Shown piece after piece: positions 50,723-60,770 of a DNA stretch of 64,000 bases. The notes under the pieces are model-generated. The model was given only the letters and a program-made list of their open reading frames with translations. It was not told the origin of the DNA and did not search any database. Each line of letters opens with the position of its first letter. Position 1 is the stretch's first letter. The position numbers were made by a program, and so were the translations under genes. This DNA comes from an uncultured Actinomycetota bacterium (lineage in GTDB: Bacteria > Actinomycetota > Acidimicrobiia > Spongiisociales > UBA5794). Location of the stretch: positions 11,614 to 75,613 of the forward strand of contig CAVQRN010000004.1 of assembly GCA_963715255.1 (NCBI GenBank). The letters are read 5' to 3'.

Positions 50723-51525
50723 CGACGACCCAGGCCGTCCTCGCACGCAAACCCGGACTCTCGGAACGGTTCAGGTGGGCTCTTCAGGACACCGTGACCA
50801 TGACATGGCGTGATCTCATCCGCACTCGTCGGCAGCCCGAGATGCTGACCTTCGCCGTGATCATGGGCGTGTTCTTCCTGCTGTTGTTCTACTACGTCTT
50901 CGGTGGCGCCATCGCCGCCGGGTCGGGTGTCGACTACATCCAGTACCTCGTTCCCGGCGTTTTCGTGATCACGACGCTCACAGGAGCGCAGCAGACCGGC
51001 ACTGGTCTCGCTACCGACCTCACCCAGGGGGTCACCGACCGATTCCGATCCCTCCCGATGAGCCAGTTCGCGGTCCTCGGTGGCCGCACCATCGCCGACG
51101 CGTTCCGGAACGTGGTCAGCGTTGTGCTCGTTGCGATTGTTGGATACGTGCTCGGTTTCCGTTTCGCGTCAATCGGCGGAGCGGTCGGGGCGATCGCCCT
51201 CAGCGTCGGGATCGGCTTCTCCTTCTCCTGGATGAATGCGGCGATCGCCGCGAAGGTGAAGAACGCCGAGATGGTCGGCATGCTGAGCATGTTCTGGCTC
51301 TTCCCGCTGATGCTGGCCAGCACCGTGTTCACACCGGCAGAGCAGATGCCGGGATGGCTCCAGGGGTTCGCCAGGTGGCAGCCGATCTCGGTGGTTGCAG
51401 ACGCGGCGCGGAGCCTGAGCAACGGTGTACCGGCCGGCGACGCGGTGCTGTGGTCGGTGGCCTGGATCATCGGCTTGTTGGCCCTGTTCATACCGATGGC
51501 GGTCGCGGTGTATCGGAGAGGATGA
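50719..51525 (+). CDS. ABC-2 type exporter permease (DrrB-like)
   Basis: 268-aa ORF with six hydrophobic helices. The ATG overlaps the ATPase stop (ATGA). Confidence 0.85.
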   Translation: MTTTQAVLARKPGLSERFRWALQDTVTMTWRDLIRTRRQPEMLTFAVIMGVFFLLLFYYVFGGAIAAGSGVDYIQYLVPGVFVITTLTGAQQTGTGLATDLTQGVTDRFRSLPMSQFAVLGGRTIADAFRNVVSVVLVAIVGYVLGFRFASIGGAVGAIALSVGIGFSFSWMNAAIAAKVKNAEMVGMLSMFWLFPLMLASTVFTPAEQMPGWLQGFARWQPISVVADAARSLSNGVPAGDAVLWSVAWIIGLLALFIPMAVAVYRRG

Positions 51526-52082
51526 TGGGCGAGACTGCGACCGATCGGATTGTCGAGGCGACGTTCGCGGTCGTCGCCGAGCGTGGCCTGGGCAGCGTCA
51601 CGATGACGGAGATCGCGGACCGAGCAGGTGTCGCCCGCCAGACGCTCTACAACCACTTCTCCGACGTGGAGCAGATCGTGGTCGTCGGGATCGAGAGGTA
51701 CTCGCAGGCGGGCTTCGCCCATCTCGTGGACTTGCTCGCCGCAACCGGTTCGGTGGAAGCGAAGCTGGACTTGCTCGTGCGCCACACCGTCGTCGAGGGG
51801 AGCCATGGTCATGGGGCAGCCGACGTTCGGGCTGCGCTCTCCCCTGAGGCCCGTGCTCATCTCGATCGACACCGGAACGACTTCATATCCCTGGTTGCTT
51901 CGATCATCGCCGACGGCGTCGCAGACGGGTCATTCGATGCGTCGATCGATCCCAACCGGCACGCTGTGCTGGTGCAGGGACTACTCCTGTCCGCCTCGGA
52001 TCTCGCCGCCGAAGGAGGCGATCCCGCGGAACTCGCCTCAGTGGTCTCGGAGTCGATCCTCCGGGTGCTTCGGGCGCCCTGA
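51522..52082 (+). CDS. TetR-family transcriptional regulator
   Basis: In-frame part of ORF 51354..52082 from MMGETATDRIVEATFAVVAERGLGSVTMTEIADRAGVARQTLYNHF. The ATG overlaps the permease stop (ATGA 51522-51525). Confidence 0.85.
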   Translation: MMGETATDRIVEATFAVVAERGLGSVTMTEIADRAGVARQTLYNHFSDVEQIVVVGIERYSQAGFAHLVDLLAATGSVEAKLDLLVRHTVVEGSHGHGAADVRAALSPEARAHLDRHRNDFISLVASIIADGVADGSFDASIDPNRHAVLVQGLLLSASDLAAEGGDPAELASVVSESILRVLRAP

Positions 52083-52144
52083 AGTCCGGTAGCCTCAGAC
52101 GTTGGACGCGAACAGTTCGTGAGGATTCGAGAGAGGACCCGCCG

Positions 52145-53131
52145 ATGAAGTACCGCACCCTTGGCAGCACCGGATACGAGGTGTCGGAGATCGGCTTCGG
52201 GGCGTGGGCGATCGGCGCCGACTGGGGCAGCATCGATGACACCACTGCGATGGCGGCCCTTCACGCTGCCGTTGATGCAGGGGTGAACTTCATCGACACG
52301 GCGGATGTCTACGGGGACGGGCGGAGCGAGCGGTTCGTTGGGCGTCTCGTCCGCGAGCGATCCGACGTCGAACTGATCGTTGCGACGAAGGCGGGTCGCA
52401 GACTCGATCCGCACACCGCGGATGGATACACCGGCGAGAATATCGAACGGTTCATCGACCGCAGCCTGATGAACCTCGAGGCCGACGCTTTGGATCTTCT
52501 CCAACTGCACGCTCCGCCCACCGACGTCTACTACCGGCCGGAGCTGTTCGAAGCGCTCGACGGGATCAAGGAGAAGGGGAAGATCCGCCACTACGGCGTC
52601 AGCGTCGAACGGGTCGAGGAGGCGATGAAGGCGGTCGAGTACCCCGGTGTGGAGACCATCCAGATCATCTACAACATGTTTCGGCAGCGACCGGCGGAGA
52701 GGTTCTTCGACGTCGCTCGGGCCACGGATGTTGGAATCATCGTTCGAGTCCCACTTGCCAGCGGCATGCTCACCGGAAGGATGACTGCCGACACGGTGTT
52801 CGCCGCAGACGATCACCGTGCCTACAACCGCCAGGGCGAGGCATTCGACGTTGGGGAGACCTTCGCCGGCGTTCCCTACGCCACCGGACTCGATGCGGTG
52901 AGCGAATTGGCCGGAGCAAAGCCGGAAGGGGCGACGATGGCGCAGTTCGCGCTCAGGTGGATCCTCATGAGCAACGCCGTCTCGACGGCGATTCCGGGGG
53001 CGAAGAGCCCCGAGCAGGCGATCGCCAATGCGACGGTATCGGGTCTTCCGCCGATCGACGGCAACGCATTGAGGAGTGTGGCCGACATCTACGAGCGGTC
53101 GGTGAAGCCCTTCGTCCATGCCCGCTGGTAG
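52145..53131 (+). CDS. aldo/keto reductase
   Basis: 328-aa ORF. GFGAWAIG, DTADVYG, and a C-terminal IPGAKSPEQ motif. Confidence 0.9.
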   Translation: MKYRTLGSTGYEVSEIGFGAWAIGADWGSIDDTTAMAALHAAVDAGVNFIDTADVYGDGRSERFVGRLVRERSDVELIVATKAGRRLDPHTADGYTGENIERFIDRSLMNLEADALDLLQLHAPPTDVYYRPELFEALDGIKEKGKIRHYGVSVERVEEAMKAVEYPGVETIQIIYNMFRQRPAERFFDVARATDVGIIVRVPLASGMLTGRMTADTVFAADDHRAYNRQGEAFDVGETFAGVPYATGLDAVSELAGAKPEGATMAQFALRWILMSNAVSTAIPGAKSPEQAIANATVSGLPPIDGNALRSVADIYERSVKPFVHARW

Positions 53132-53156
53132 TCGGGCACGCCCTATCGTCTCACTC

Positions 53157-53981
53157 ATGCGCATCGGATATCAGGGAGAGCCGGGCTCCTACAGCTACCG
53201 GGCCGTCGGCGAGCTGTTCCCGGAAGGTGAACCGGTCGGCCTGAAGGGATTCGCAGCTGCGTTCGCGGCCCTCGAGGACGGCGAGGTCGATCGGCTCGTC
53301 GTTCCCGTCGAGAACTCGACCACCGGATCGGTACTCCCTGTACTCGATCGCCTCCCAGGGGGCGTGGGCCATCAACCGTTCGCGATCGTCGCAGAGCATC
53401 TCGTCGAAGTCCGTCACGCGATCCTTGGAATCCCGGGAGCATCGATCGACGACATTCGCGAGGTGCGGTCCCACCCGGAGGCGCTTTCTCAGGCAGAGCA
53501 CCATCTTCTCGAACTCGGTGTCGAGGCCGTCGCACGGCGCGATACGGCCGGCTCGGTGCGTGAGGTCGCAGAACTCGGAGACCCAACGATCGCGGCGCTC
53601 GCTCCACCCGCAGCTGCGGAGATCCACGGGCTCGAGATCCTGGAACGGAATGTCATGGACCGGGATCACAACACAACCCGGTTCGTTGTTCTCGCTCCCG
53701 GCGAGCCGCAGGTTGATCCGGACGACGACAAGACGACGATGCTGTTCACAACGTCACACACGCCGGGAGCGTTGGCGCTGGTACTTGCCGAGCTCGGGCT
53801 GCGAGGGGCCAACCTGACGCGAATCGAGTCCCGCCCGTCGACCGAGGCTTGGTCGTATCGGTTCTTCGTCGATCTCGTCCACGAACCCGGACCGGAGGGA
53901 CTCGCCAAAGTGATCGATCCACCACCCGCGACCTGTGCCGACCTCTGGATTCTCGGCAGCTACGTTCGAGTAGCCGAGTAG
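53157..53981 (+). CDS. pheA: prephenate dehydratase
   Basis: From MRIGYQGEPGSYSY. PDT domain (VPVENSTTGSV, TRF) plus a C-terminal ACT domain (GANLTRIESRP). Confidence 0.9.
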   Translation: MRIGYQGEPGSYSYRAVGELFPEGEPVGLKGFAAAFAALEDGEVDRLVVPVENSTTGSVLPVLDRLPGGVGHQPFAIVAEHLVEVRHAILGIPGASIDDIREVRSHPEALSQAEHHLLELGVEAVARRDTAGSVREVAELGDPTIAALAPPAAAEIHGLEILERNVMDRDHNTTRFVVLAPGEPQVDPDDDKTTMLFTTSHTPGALALVLAELGLRGANLTRIESRPSTEAWSYRFFVDLVHEPGPEGLAKVIDPPPATCADLWILGSYVRVAE

Positions 53982-54039
53982 TTGGGTCCGCCTCGCCGGC
54001 GAGTTCGACAACTACCGTTGCGCACAGGAGGCATTACGG

Positions 54040-54918
54040 ATGGCGACCAGTACGGCGAGTTTCGGCGCGGGGAAGCGGGAGAGCCATGACTCCTCTGCGT
54101 ACTATGCACGGCGCATGATGCGGACCCCGGAGCCGGGGAAGGCCGGCGAGGTGCGTGACCCACCGGCCAACGTGCTCGACAAGGTCTTCGTCCAGTCCTC
54201 CGAATCGATGGATCAACTCCCTGACAACTGTGTTGCCCTCATGGTGACCTCACCGCCGTACAACGTCGGGAAGGATTACGACGAAGATCTCGATCTCGGC
54301 GAGTACCTGAGTCTGCTTCAACGGGTCTTCACCGAGACCTACCGGGTCGTCGAACCGGGCGGACGTGTCGCGGTGAACGTAGCGAACCTCGGTCGGAAGC
54401 CGTACCTCCCGCTCAACCATCTCGTCGGCGTTCTTCTCACGGAGATCGGATTCCTTTTGCGCGGCGAGATCATTTGGAAGAAGGCCAAGGCGGCCGGCGG
54501 ATCGACCGCCTGGGGATCATGGCAGTCTGCGAAGAATCCGACGCTCCGCGATGTACACGAGTATGTCCTCGTCGCGTCGAAGGAATCATTCCGACGGGAG
54601 CGGCAGGGCGATGACACGATCTCGAAGGAGGACTTCCTCGAAGCAACGATGTCGGTATGGGACATTCTCCCCGAGTCGGCCAGGAGGGTTGGACACCCGG
54701 CGCCGTTCCCCACCGAACTGCCGCGGCGGCTCATCGAGTTGTACACGTTTAGTGGAGACCTCGTGCTCGACCCATTCCTCGGATCCGGATCGACGGCGAT
54801 CGCCGCGGTACAAGCCGGGCGGCGCTTTGTCGGCTACGAGACCGACTCCTCATATGCCGCCCTGGCAGCGAATAGGATCTCGTCGGCGCGGGCCGGATAT
54901 CGAACCACGACGCAGTGA
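54040..54918 (+). CDS. beta-class DNA methyltransferase (N4-cytosine / N6-adenine family, SPPY type), no adjacent restriction gene
   Basis: 292-aa ORF. Catalytic motif TSPPYNVGKDY precedes the AdoMet motif DPFLGSGSTAIAA, which is the beta-class order. Confidence 0.85.
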   Translation: MATSTASFGAGKRESHDSSAYYARRMMRTPEPGKAGEVRDPPANVLDKVFVQSSESMDQLPDNCVALMVTSPPYNVGKDYDEDLDLGEYLSLLQRVFTETYRVVEPGGRVAVNVANLGRKPYLPLNHLVGVLLTEIGFLLRGEIIWKKAKAAGGSTAWGSWQSAKNPTLRDVHEYVLVASKESFRRERQGDDTISKEDFLEATMSVWDILPESARRVGHPAPFPTELPRRLIELYTFSGDLVLDPFLGSGSTAIAAVQAGRRFVGYETDSSYAALAANRISSARAGYRTTTQ

Positions 54919-54947
54919 CTGGAGCGTCGAGCCGGTCTGACACCTCG

Positions 54948-55031
54948 ATGGAGAGGGCAGTCCTGGCGACGGTGCCATTTCTCGCGATCGGTCTTGCTGG
55001 GTCGGTGCCTCTCCTTCTCGTCCGTTGGTAG
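54948..55031 (+). CDS. hypothetical 27-aa hydrophobic peptide (very tentative)
   Basis: ATG 54948 ... TAG 55031 encodes MERAVLATVPFLAIGLAGSVPLLLVRW. It is one predicted TM helix with mostly G/C third positions. It is below the ORF-track length cutoff and I see no clear RBS. Confidence 0.2.
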   Translation: MERAVLATVPFLAIGLAGSVPLLLVRW

Positions 55032-55128
55032 TCCCCTCCGTTCCCGGTTGTTCAGCCGTCAAGAACGCTCCGGGGACGGGTTCCCTCGCCCAACGGAACG
55101 GGAGAGCCGTCTGTTCCCGAGATTGCCG

Positions 55129-56508
55129 TTACCCCTCGACCGACCGGGCCTTGTACAGACGGAGGAACGTGTATCCGATGATGCCCGCCACGATCGATCC
55201 GATGAAGATGCCGATCTTGGCTTCGTCGGAGAACAGGTGTGCATCCGGGCTCGATCGGAAAGCAAGCTCCGTGATGAAGAGCGAGACGGTGAACCCGACA
55301 CCTGCCAGGAATCCCAGACCGATGATGTGGCCGAAGCTCGTGTGACGCGGCAACTCGCCCAGTCTGAGTTTGAGGCCGAGCCATGTTGCGACAACGATCC
55401 CGACCGGCTTGCCAACGATGAGGCCAACAGATACCCCGAGCGCCACCGGGCTGGTCACGGCCTCGACGATGTCGATGTTGACGAACCGGACCCCGGCGTT
55501 GGCAAGGGCGAAGAGCGGAATGACCACGAACGATGACCACGGATGCAGGGCGTGTTCCCAACGCTCGAGTGGCGAGACCGACTCCTTGGCGATCACCGCG
55601 AGTTCGAGGGCATCATGGTCGAGACGTGCGTGGGCCTGCGGCGATGCAGCATTTCGATCCCAGCGTTCGAGGATCCATCCTGCTCGCCTCCGGAAATCCA
55701 CGTCGCTGTAGTAGGCCCGGGCCGGCACCAGCAGGCCCAGGATGACTCCGGCGACGGTCGCGTGAACGCCGGACTCGAGGAAGGCGTACCAGGCGAGAAT
55801 CGCGAGTGGGAGATAGAAGATTCCGGCTCGAATCCCCACCTGGCGTGCAACGGCGATCAGAGCCAGCGTGGCGGCGGCCACGATCAGCCAAATGAAAGCG
55901 AGATCGTCGGTGTAGAAGATCGCGATGACGAGGATCGCCCCGATGTCGTCAACGATCGCGAGGGCGAGGAGGAACAGTTTCGCTCCGAGCGGAACCCTGG
56001 ATGAGAGCAACGCGATCACGCCCACCGAGAAGGCGATGTCGGTGGCCATTGGGATTCCCCAGCCCGCGAGAGCATCGGCAGGGCCGCTCGACGCGACGAA
56101 CGCGACGTAGATGAGAGCCGGAACAACCATCCCGCCGAGAGCGGCCACGGCGGGGAGTGATGCCTTCTTCACCGAGTTCAATTCGCCGACAACGAGTTCG
56201 CGCTTGATCTCGAGGCCGACGACGAAGAAGAAGATCGCCATCAGGCCGTCGTCGACGACGTGCTTCAGTGATTGGTCGAAGTGGAATCCACCGACCTCGA
56301 ACGACAGGTGGATGTCCCAGAACTCGAAATAGGAATCACCCCATGCCGAGTTCGCCCAAATGAGCGCGAGGATGGTGGCGGCGAGTAGGACGATGGCGCC
56401 CGAAGCCTCCGTCCGGGTGAACTCGAGTGCCGGGCGAACGAAGCGTCTCGGGATCAGTTGGTCGGAGTGCAGCCAGGTGCGGTGCAGGGGTTCGGTGTCG
56501 CGGTCCAT
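55129..56508 (-). CDS. nhaA: Na+/H+ antiporter NhaA
   Basis: 459-aa ORF with typical NhaA sequence (FFFVVGLEIKRE, ALAIVDDIGAILVIA, LGIRAG). Confidence 0.95.
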   Translation of the reverse strand: MDRDTEPLHRTWLHSDQLIPRRFVRPALEFTRTEASGAIVLLAATILALIWANSAWGDSYFEFWDIHLSFEVGGFHFDQSLKHVVDDGLMAIFFFVVGLEIKRELVVGELNSVKKASLPAVAALGGMVVPALIYVAFVASSGPADALAGWGIPMATDIAFSVGVIALLSSRVPLGAKLFLLALAIVDDIGAILVIAIFYTDDLAFIWLIVAAATLALIAVARQVGIRAGIFYLPLAILAWYAFLESGVHATVAGVILGLLVPARAYYSDVDFRRRAGWILERWDRNAASPQAHARLDHDALELAVIAKESVSPLERWEHALHPWSSFVVIPLFALANAGVRFVNIDIVEAVTSPVALGVSVGLIVGKPVGIVVATWLGLKLRLGELPRHTSFGHIIGLGFLAGVGFTVSLFITELAFRSSPDAHLFSDEAKIGIFIGSIVAGIIGYTFLRLYKARSVEG

Positions 56509-56555
56509 GCGGCTCAGGAGAGTAGTGCCGTGGCAACGATTGTCCGCTCGGGTGA

Positions 56556-57563
56556 TTGGGTACCATCCCGACCGCGTTTCGAAAGGGTTCGGTGCTTCTC
56601 GACGTCGTCAGGATCATCGGAGGGCTGATTGCCCTCATCTACGCCGCCGACCGACTTGCGAAGTCGGCGGTGCGAGTTTCGCGTGCCTTCGGCGTGTCCG
56701 TCATATTCATCGGTGCGGTCGTCGTCGGCTTCGGAACATCCGTCCCGGAGTTCGTCGTGTCGGCGCTCGCCGCACTGGAAGGCGAACTCGACCTGGCGGT
56801 GAGCAACGTTGTCAGCTCGAACATCTCGAACGTAACCCTCGTGCTCGGCGCGGCGGTGCTGGTCACCCCCATCGCCGCAAGGAGACGAGTCATCAGACGC
56901 GAGGGTGCCCTCATGTTCGCGTCCGTTGCGATCCTGACAGCATTCCTCGCCAACGGATGGCTCGATGCCTGGGAGGGGTTCCTGCTGCTCGCGCTGCTCG
57001 GGGTGGCGATCTGGCTGATGATTCGATGGTCGAGCAGCGATCCGGACGCCGTGCTCGGTCAGGTCGATGACGAGGTCGATTCGAGGGTCACCGCGGATAC
57101 GGCGAACATCGCCGTGTGGCGCAAGGAAGTGGGCAAGGAGATCCTCATCGGCGTGGGAGCGCTGATTGTCACGGTCATCGCGGCAGACTTTCTGCTCGAC
57201 GGAGTCCTCGGAGTGGGAGCACACTTCGGACTCTCAACGCTGTTCCTCGGCCTGATCACCGGCGTCGGCACGAGCCTCCCAGAGCTCGCTGCGGGTATCG
57301 CGGCTGCTCGTCACCGAGAGCCGGAACTGGTCCTGGGGAACGTTCTCGGGTCGAACATCTTCAACTCGCTGGGAGTCATCGGACTCGCCGCAATTCTCGG
57401 ACCCGGACCGCTGGTCGACATCACGATCGCACTGCTCGCGATCATGGTCGGAGTGGTGTTCGTCGCCGGAGCCTTCGCCCTCACCGGCAGACGCATCACC
57501 CGAATCGAAGGCGGAGTCCTGTTGGCCGCATTTTTCGCGTTCGCCGTGTATGCGTTCGTCTGA
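56556..57563 (+). CDS. Ca2+/Na+ antiporter (CaCA / YrbG family)
   Basis: 335-aa ORF with two alpha-repeat motifs (GTSVPEFVVS and GTSLPELAAG). Confidence 0.9.
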   Translation: MGTIPTAFRKGSVLLDVVRIIGGLIALIYAADRLAKSAVRVSRAFGVSVIFIGAVVVGFGTSVPEFVVSALAALEGELDLAVSNVVSSNISNVTLVLGAAVLVTPIAARRRVIRREGALMFASVAILTAFLANGWLDAWEGFLLLALLGVAIWLMIRWSSSDPDAVLGQVDDEVDSRVTADTANIAVWRKEVGKEILIGVGALIVTVIAADFLLDGVLGVGAHFGLSTLFLGLITGVGTSLPELAAGIAAARHREPELVLGNVLGSNIFNSLGVIGLAAILGPGPLVDITIALLAIMVGVVFVAGAFALTGRRITRIEGGVLLAAFFAFAVYAFV

Positions 57564-57573
57564 CCACCAAGGC

Positions 57574-57619
57574 GTCTGGCGTTGATACGGACGATATACC
57601 GTTCCTATCAACGCCAGAC
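57574..57619. terminator. bidirectional hairpin between convergent genes
   Basis: GTCTGGCGTTGATA (57574-57587) pairs perfectly with TATCAACGCCAGAC (57606-57619), with an 18-nt loop. It lies between the stops at 57563 and 57629. Confidence 0.6.
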
Positions 57620-57628
57620 ACCCGGGGG

Positions 57629-60164
57629 TTACTGGTTCGGGACGAGGGTCTGGACCGACTCCGCTGCCGCGTCGACTTGGGCTCGGGTCCAGTTCATCGG
57701 GGAGTACTCTCCGGCGAGCCACAGCGGAATCATGTCGTCGTAGTGCGGGTGGTCCGTGTGCCCGGACTGGCCGGTCGTATGTGTCGTTCTGGAACGTGAC
57801 AGGTCGGCCATGTCGACGAGCATCCGCATCGACGGTAGCCAGTCCGTTTCGAATCCGTCCGGCGCCGTCCACCCCGTGGCGTTGACGAGATCGTCGCCGC
57901 CGTTGGTTTCGAACGGTCCTCGATTGAAGCGGTCTTCGATGAGGCCGATCCCGGATTCGCCGAGCGTTTGGTTGCGGAACGTCGAAAGGTGCATCTCTCC
58001 CCATCTCCATCCGTCGGGATCGTCGCCGAACCATCCCTTCAGATCGTCGTACGCGGCGTCGAGCGATTGGCGGAGGATCGCATCACGATCTTCGACATCC
58101 GGGGTTGTCCGGTCGTCCCAGAACGGGTCGCTCGGGTTCTCGAGCATCTGCCCGACGACATAGAACCACCTTCCGGAACCGTTCGGCCAGTAGTCCTCGG
58201 GCAGGTCGTCGTGGAAGGTGAACTCGAGGATGCGGGACCACACTGCGTTGAACGCCGCCGCACCCGACGAATCTGCCTGGTTGCCCAGGTCCCATGAGGC
58301 AAAGACGGCGTTGAGGGGTGAATCGAGCGGAGCGAGGTACGGGACGATCTTCTCGGCGTTCAGGCTATACGAGTCGAACTGGATCGACGCCATCTCGTCC
58401 AGTCCGATCGGCGCATTGGAGCCAACCAGATCGACGATCCGACGCGCCCGATAGCCGTAGTTCCAGTCGTAGGTGATCCAGTGCGGATAGGTGTCGTCGA
58501 CGACGGCGTTGTTCGCCGTGACGATGTAGTCGCTCTCCGGATTGAACGAGCGCGGGAGTTCGTCGAACGGGATGAAACCCGTCCACTCGTACTCGTCGGT
58601 CCATCCCGGCACGGGGACCGTTCCGTCACCATTCGTCCGGATCGGGATGGCGCCGGGTGACTGATAGCCGATGTTCCCTTCGACGTCCGCGTAGATGAAG
58701 TTCTGCGCCGGAACCGTGAACGTCCGGAGGGCCTCACGGAAGTCATCCCAGTTCGCTGAGGAATTGAGTTGCAGGAACACGGTCACGATGCCCGGGTTCG
58801 TGTCGAGCGCCGTCCAACGGAGTGCAATGGCATACGGCTCCGGAGTGTCGATGCCGCTGCTCGCAAAGTTGTCGAGATCCTCGTAGACGCCGGAGATGAT
58901 CGGTCCGTGTCTCGTGGACTTGACGTCGATGATGACCGGGTCACCACCTGCGACCTCGATGGTCTCCTCGTGGACGGCCATGTCGACCCATTTCCCGTTC
59001 ACCTCGTACTGGTTCGAGTCGTCCGGGTTGACCTTCTCGACATAGAGGTCCTGGACGTCAGGCCCGAGGTTCGTGACGCCCCACACGATGTTCGCGTTGT
59101 GACCGATGATGACCCCGGGGACACCGGCGAAGGAGAAGCCGGCGACATCGTACGGACAGTCGCTCGACACGGAGGTGCAGTGGAGGCCGTTCTGATACCA
59201 GATCGACGGCATCTGGATCGAGAGGTGTGGATCGTTGGCAAGGATCGGCATGCCGGTGTTGGTGCGATCACCCGACACGACCCATGAGTTCGATCCGATG
59301 CCGGCCTCAGGGTCACTCGCTCCGATCGCTGCGACGAGATCGAGTTTGTCCTGCACGGATGCGAGAGCGGTCCGAACGCCGGGGATCGCGTGCAACGAAG
59401 CGGTGGGAGTACCGCTCGTGACGAGTTCGTCCGCCGGGACGATGTACGGGTTGAGGTCACCCGGGTACGGCGGGGAGAGTTGGGTGACCTGCACCTCGGT
59501 GAGCGATCCGAGGAGGGTCGCCCGTTCGATCTCTGCGTCCATGTTGCCGCGGAGGTCCCACGCCATCGCGATGCCCCAGGTCAATGTGTCGACCGGAGTC
59601 CATGGTTCAGGGTCGTAGCTGTGGTTCATCGAGGTCGAGCACGGTGTACTCGAAACTCAGCTCTGCGGGCGAGCGGGATGTGAGGTAGGCGTTCACCCCT
59701 TCGGCATAGGCGTCCATCACCGAACGATCGTCCGGTGCGGCGGCGGCGTACTGTGCCGTCGCAACGTCGTGCCATCCCATCGTCCGCAGGAAGGTGTCGG
59801 TCTCGACCTGCGAGTCGCCGAACATCTCGGAGAGACGACCCGAACCGATGTGACGCCAGACGTCCATCTGCCAGAACCGTTCTTGGGCGTGGACGTAGCC
59901 CTGGGCCACGAACAGGTCATGCTGGTTGTCCGCGTAGATGTGGGCGACGCCCATGTCGTCGCGCACGACTTCGACGCCGGCCCTGAGGCCAGCGATCGCG
60001 ACTTCCCCGTCGACGTCCGGGAAGGCGCGCCGGACCGAGATGCGTCCAAAGAGTGTCACGCCGAGCACCACGATCACGATGAGTGCCGCGACGGCCCCGA
60101 GCACGATCTTCCACCATCTCCGCGACTGCTTTCGCCCGTCGCCCGGCACTGCTGGATCGGTCAT
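57629..60164 (-). CDS. penicillin-acylase-family Ntn hydrolase (S45) with N-terminal membrane anchor, frameshifted near 59630
   Basis: ORF 59607..60200 (TM helix WWKIVLGAVAALIVIVVLGVTLF, alpha-subunit start, ...SFEYTVLDL) continues as MNHSYDPEPWTPVDTLTW in ORF 57629..59629. Nucleophile motif GSNSWVVSG. Start set to MTDPAV (60164). Confidence 0.85.
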
Positions 60165-60217
60165 GACCGGCGATCGTACTCGCTTCGTCTGGCGCCGCAT
60201 CGCCGTACCATGGGGGT

Positions 60218-60715
60218 ATGGAAGAAACGACCGAACCGGCAGATACGCCCAACGACGAAGAGCCGATCATTCCGCAGGTAGTCGATGCCCTCGCCGACGG
60301 GGGAGGCGAGAACGAAGGCACGTTTGTGACCGAACCCTCGAAGCTCATTCGCATAGCTTCGATGACCCGAGCGATGCTCGAAGAGATCCGGGCGTCGGGC
60401 ATGGACGATCTTGGACGGCAGCGACTCCTCGCCGTCTACCACCGCTCCATCGATGAGCTGCGGGACGTGCTTTCCGACGACCTCAAAGATGAGCTCGATT
60501 CGATCTTCGTACCACTCGAGCGCGAGACGCCGACCGAGTCGGAGATTCGAGTCGCCCAGGCGCAGCTCGTTGGATGGCTCGAGGGGCTCTTCCACGGAAT
60601 CCAGGCATCCCTCTGGTCACAGCAGATGTCGGCCCAGGCCCAACTCGAGCAGTTGGGGCGTCGTCGCGCTCTCGAAGCGTCAAGCGATGAGGACCGACCG
60701 GGGCTCTACCTGTAA
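60218..60715 (+). CDS. bpa: bacterial proteasome activator Bpa/PafE
   Basis: 165-aa ORF. The block RVAQAQLVGWLEGLFHGIQASLWSQQMSAQAQL is near-identical, as I recall it, to the M. tuberculosis Bpa core. The C-terminus ends GLYL, versus the canonical GQYL. Confidence 0.85.
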   Translation: MEETTEPADTPNDEEPIIPQVVDALADGGGENEGTFVTEPSKLIRIASMTRAMLEEIRASGMDDLGRQRLLAVYHRSIDELRDVLSDDLKDELDSIFVPLERETPTESEIRVAQAQLVGWLEGLFHGIQASLWSQQMSAQAQLEQLGRRRALEASSDEDRPGLYL

Positions 60716-60770
60716 CTCGCCCCGGATCCGAGGACCCGCGGTCGCCTGTTCGCTACGATGTCCATGTCGA

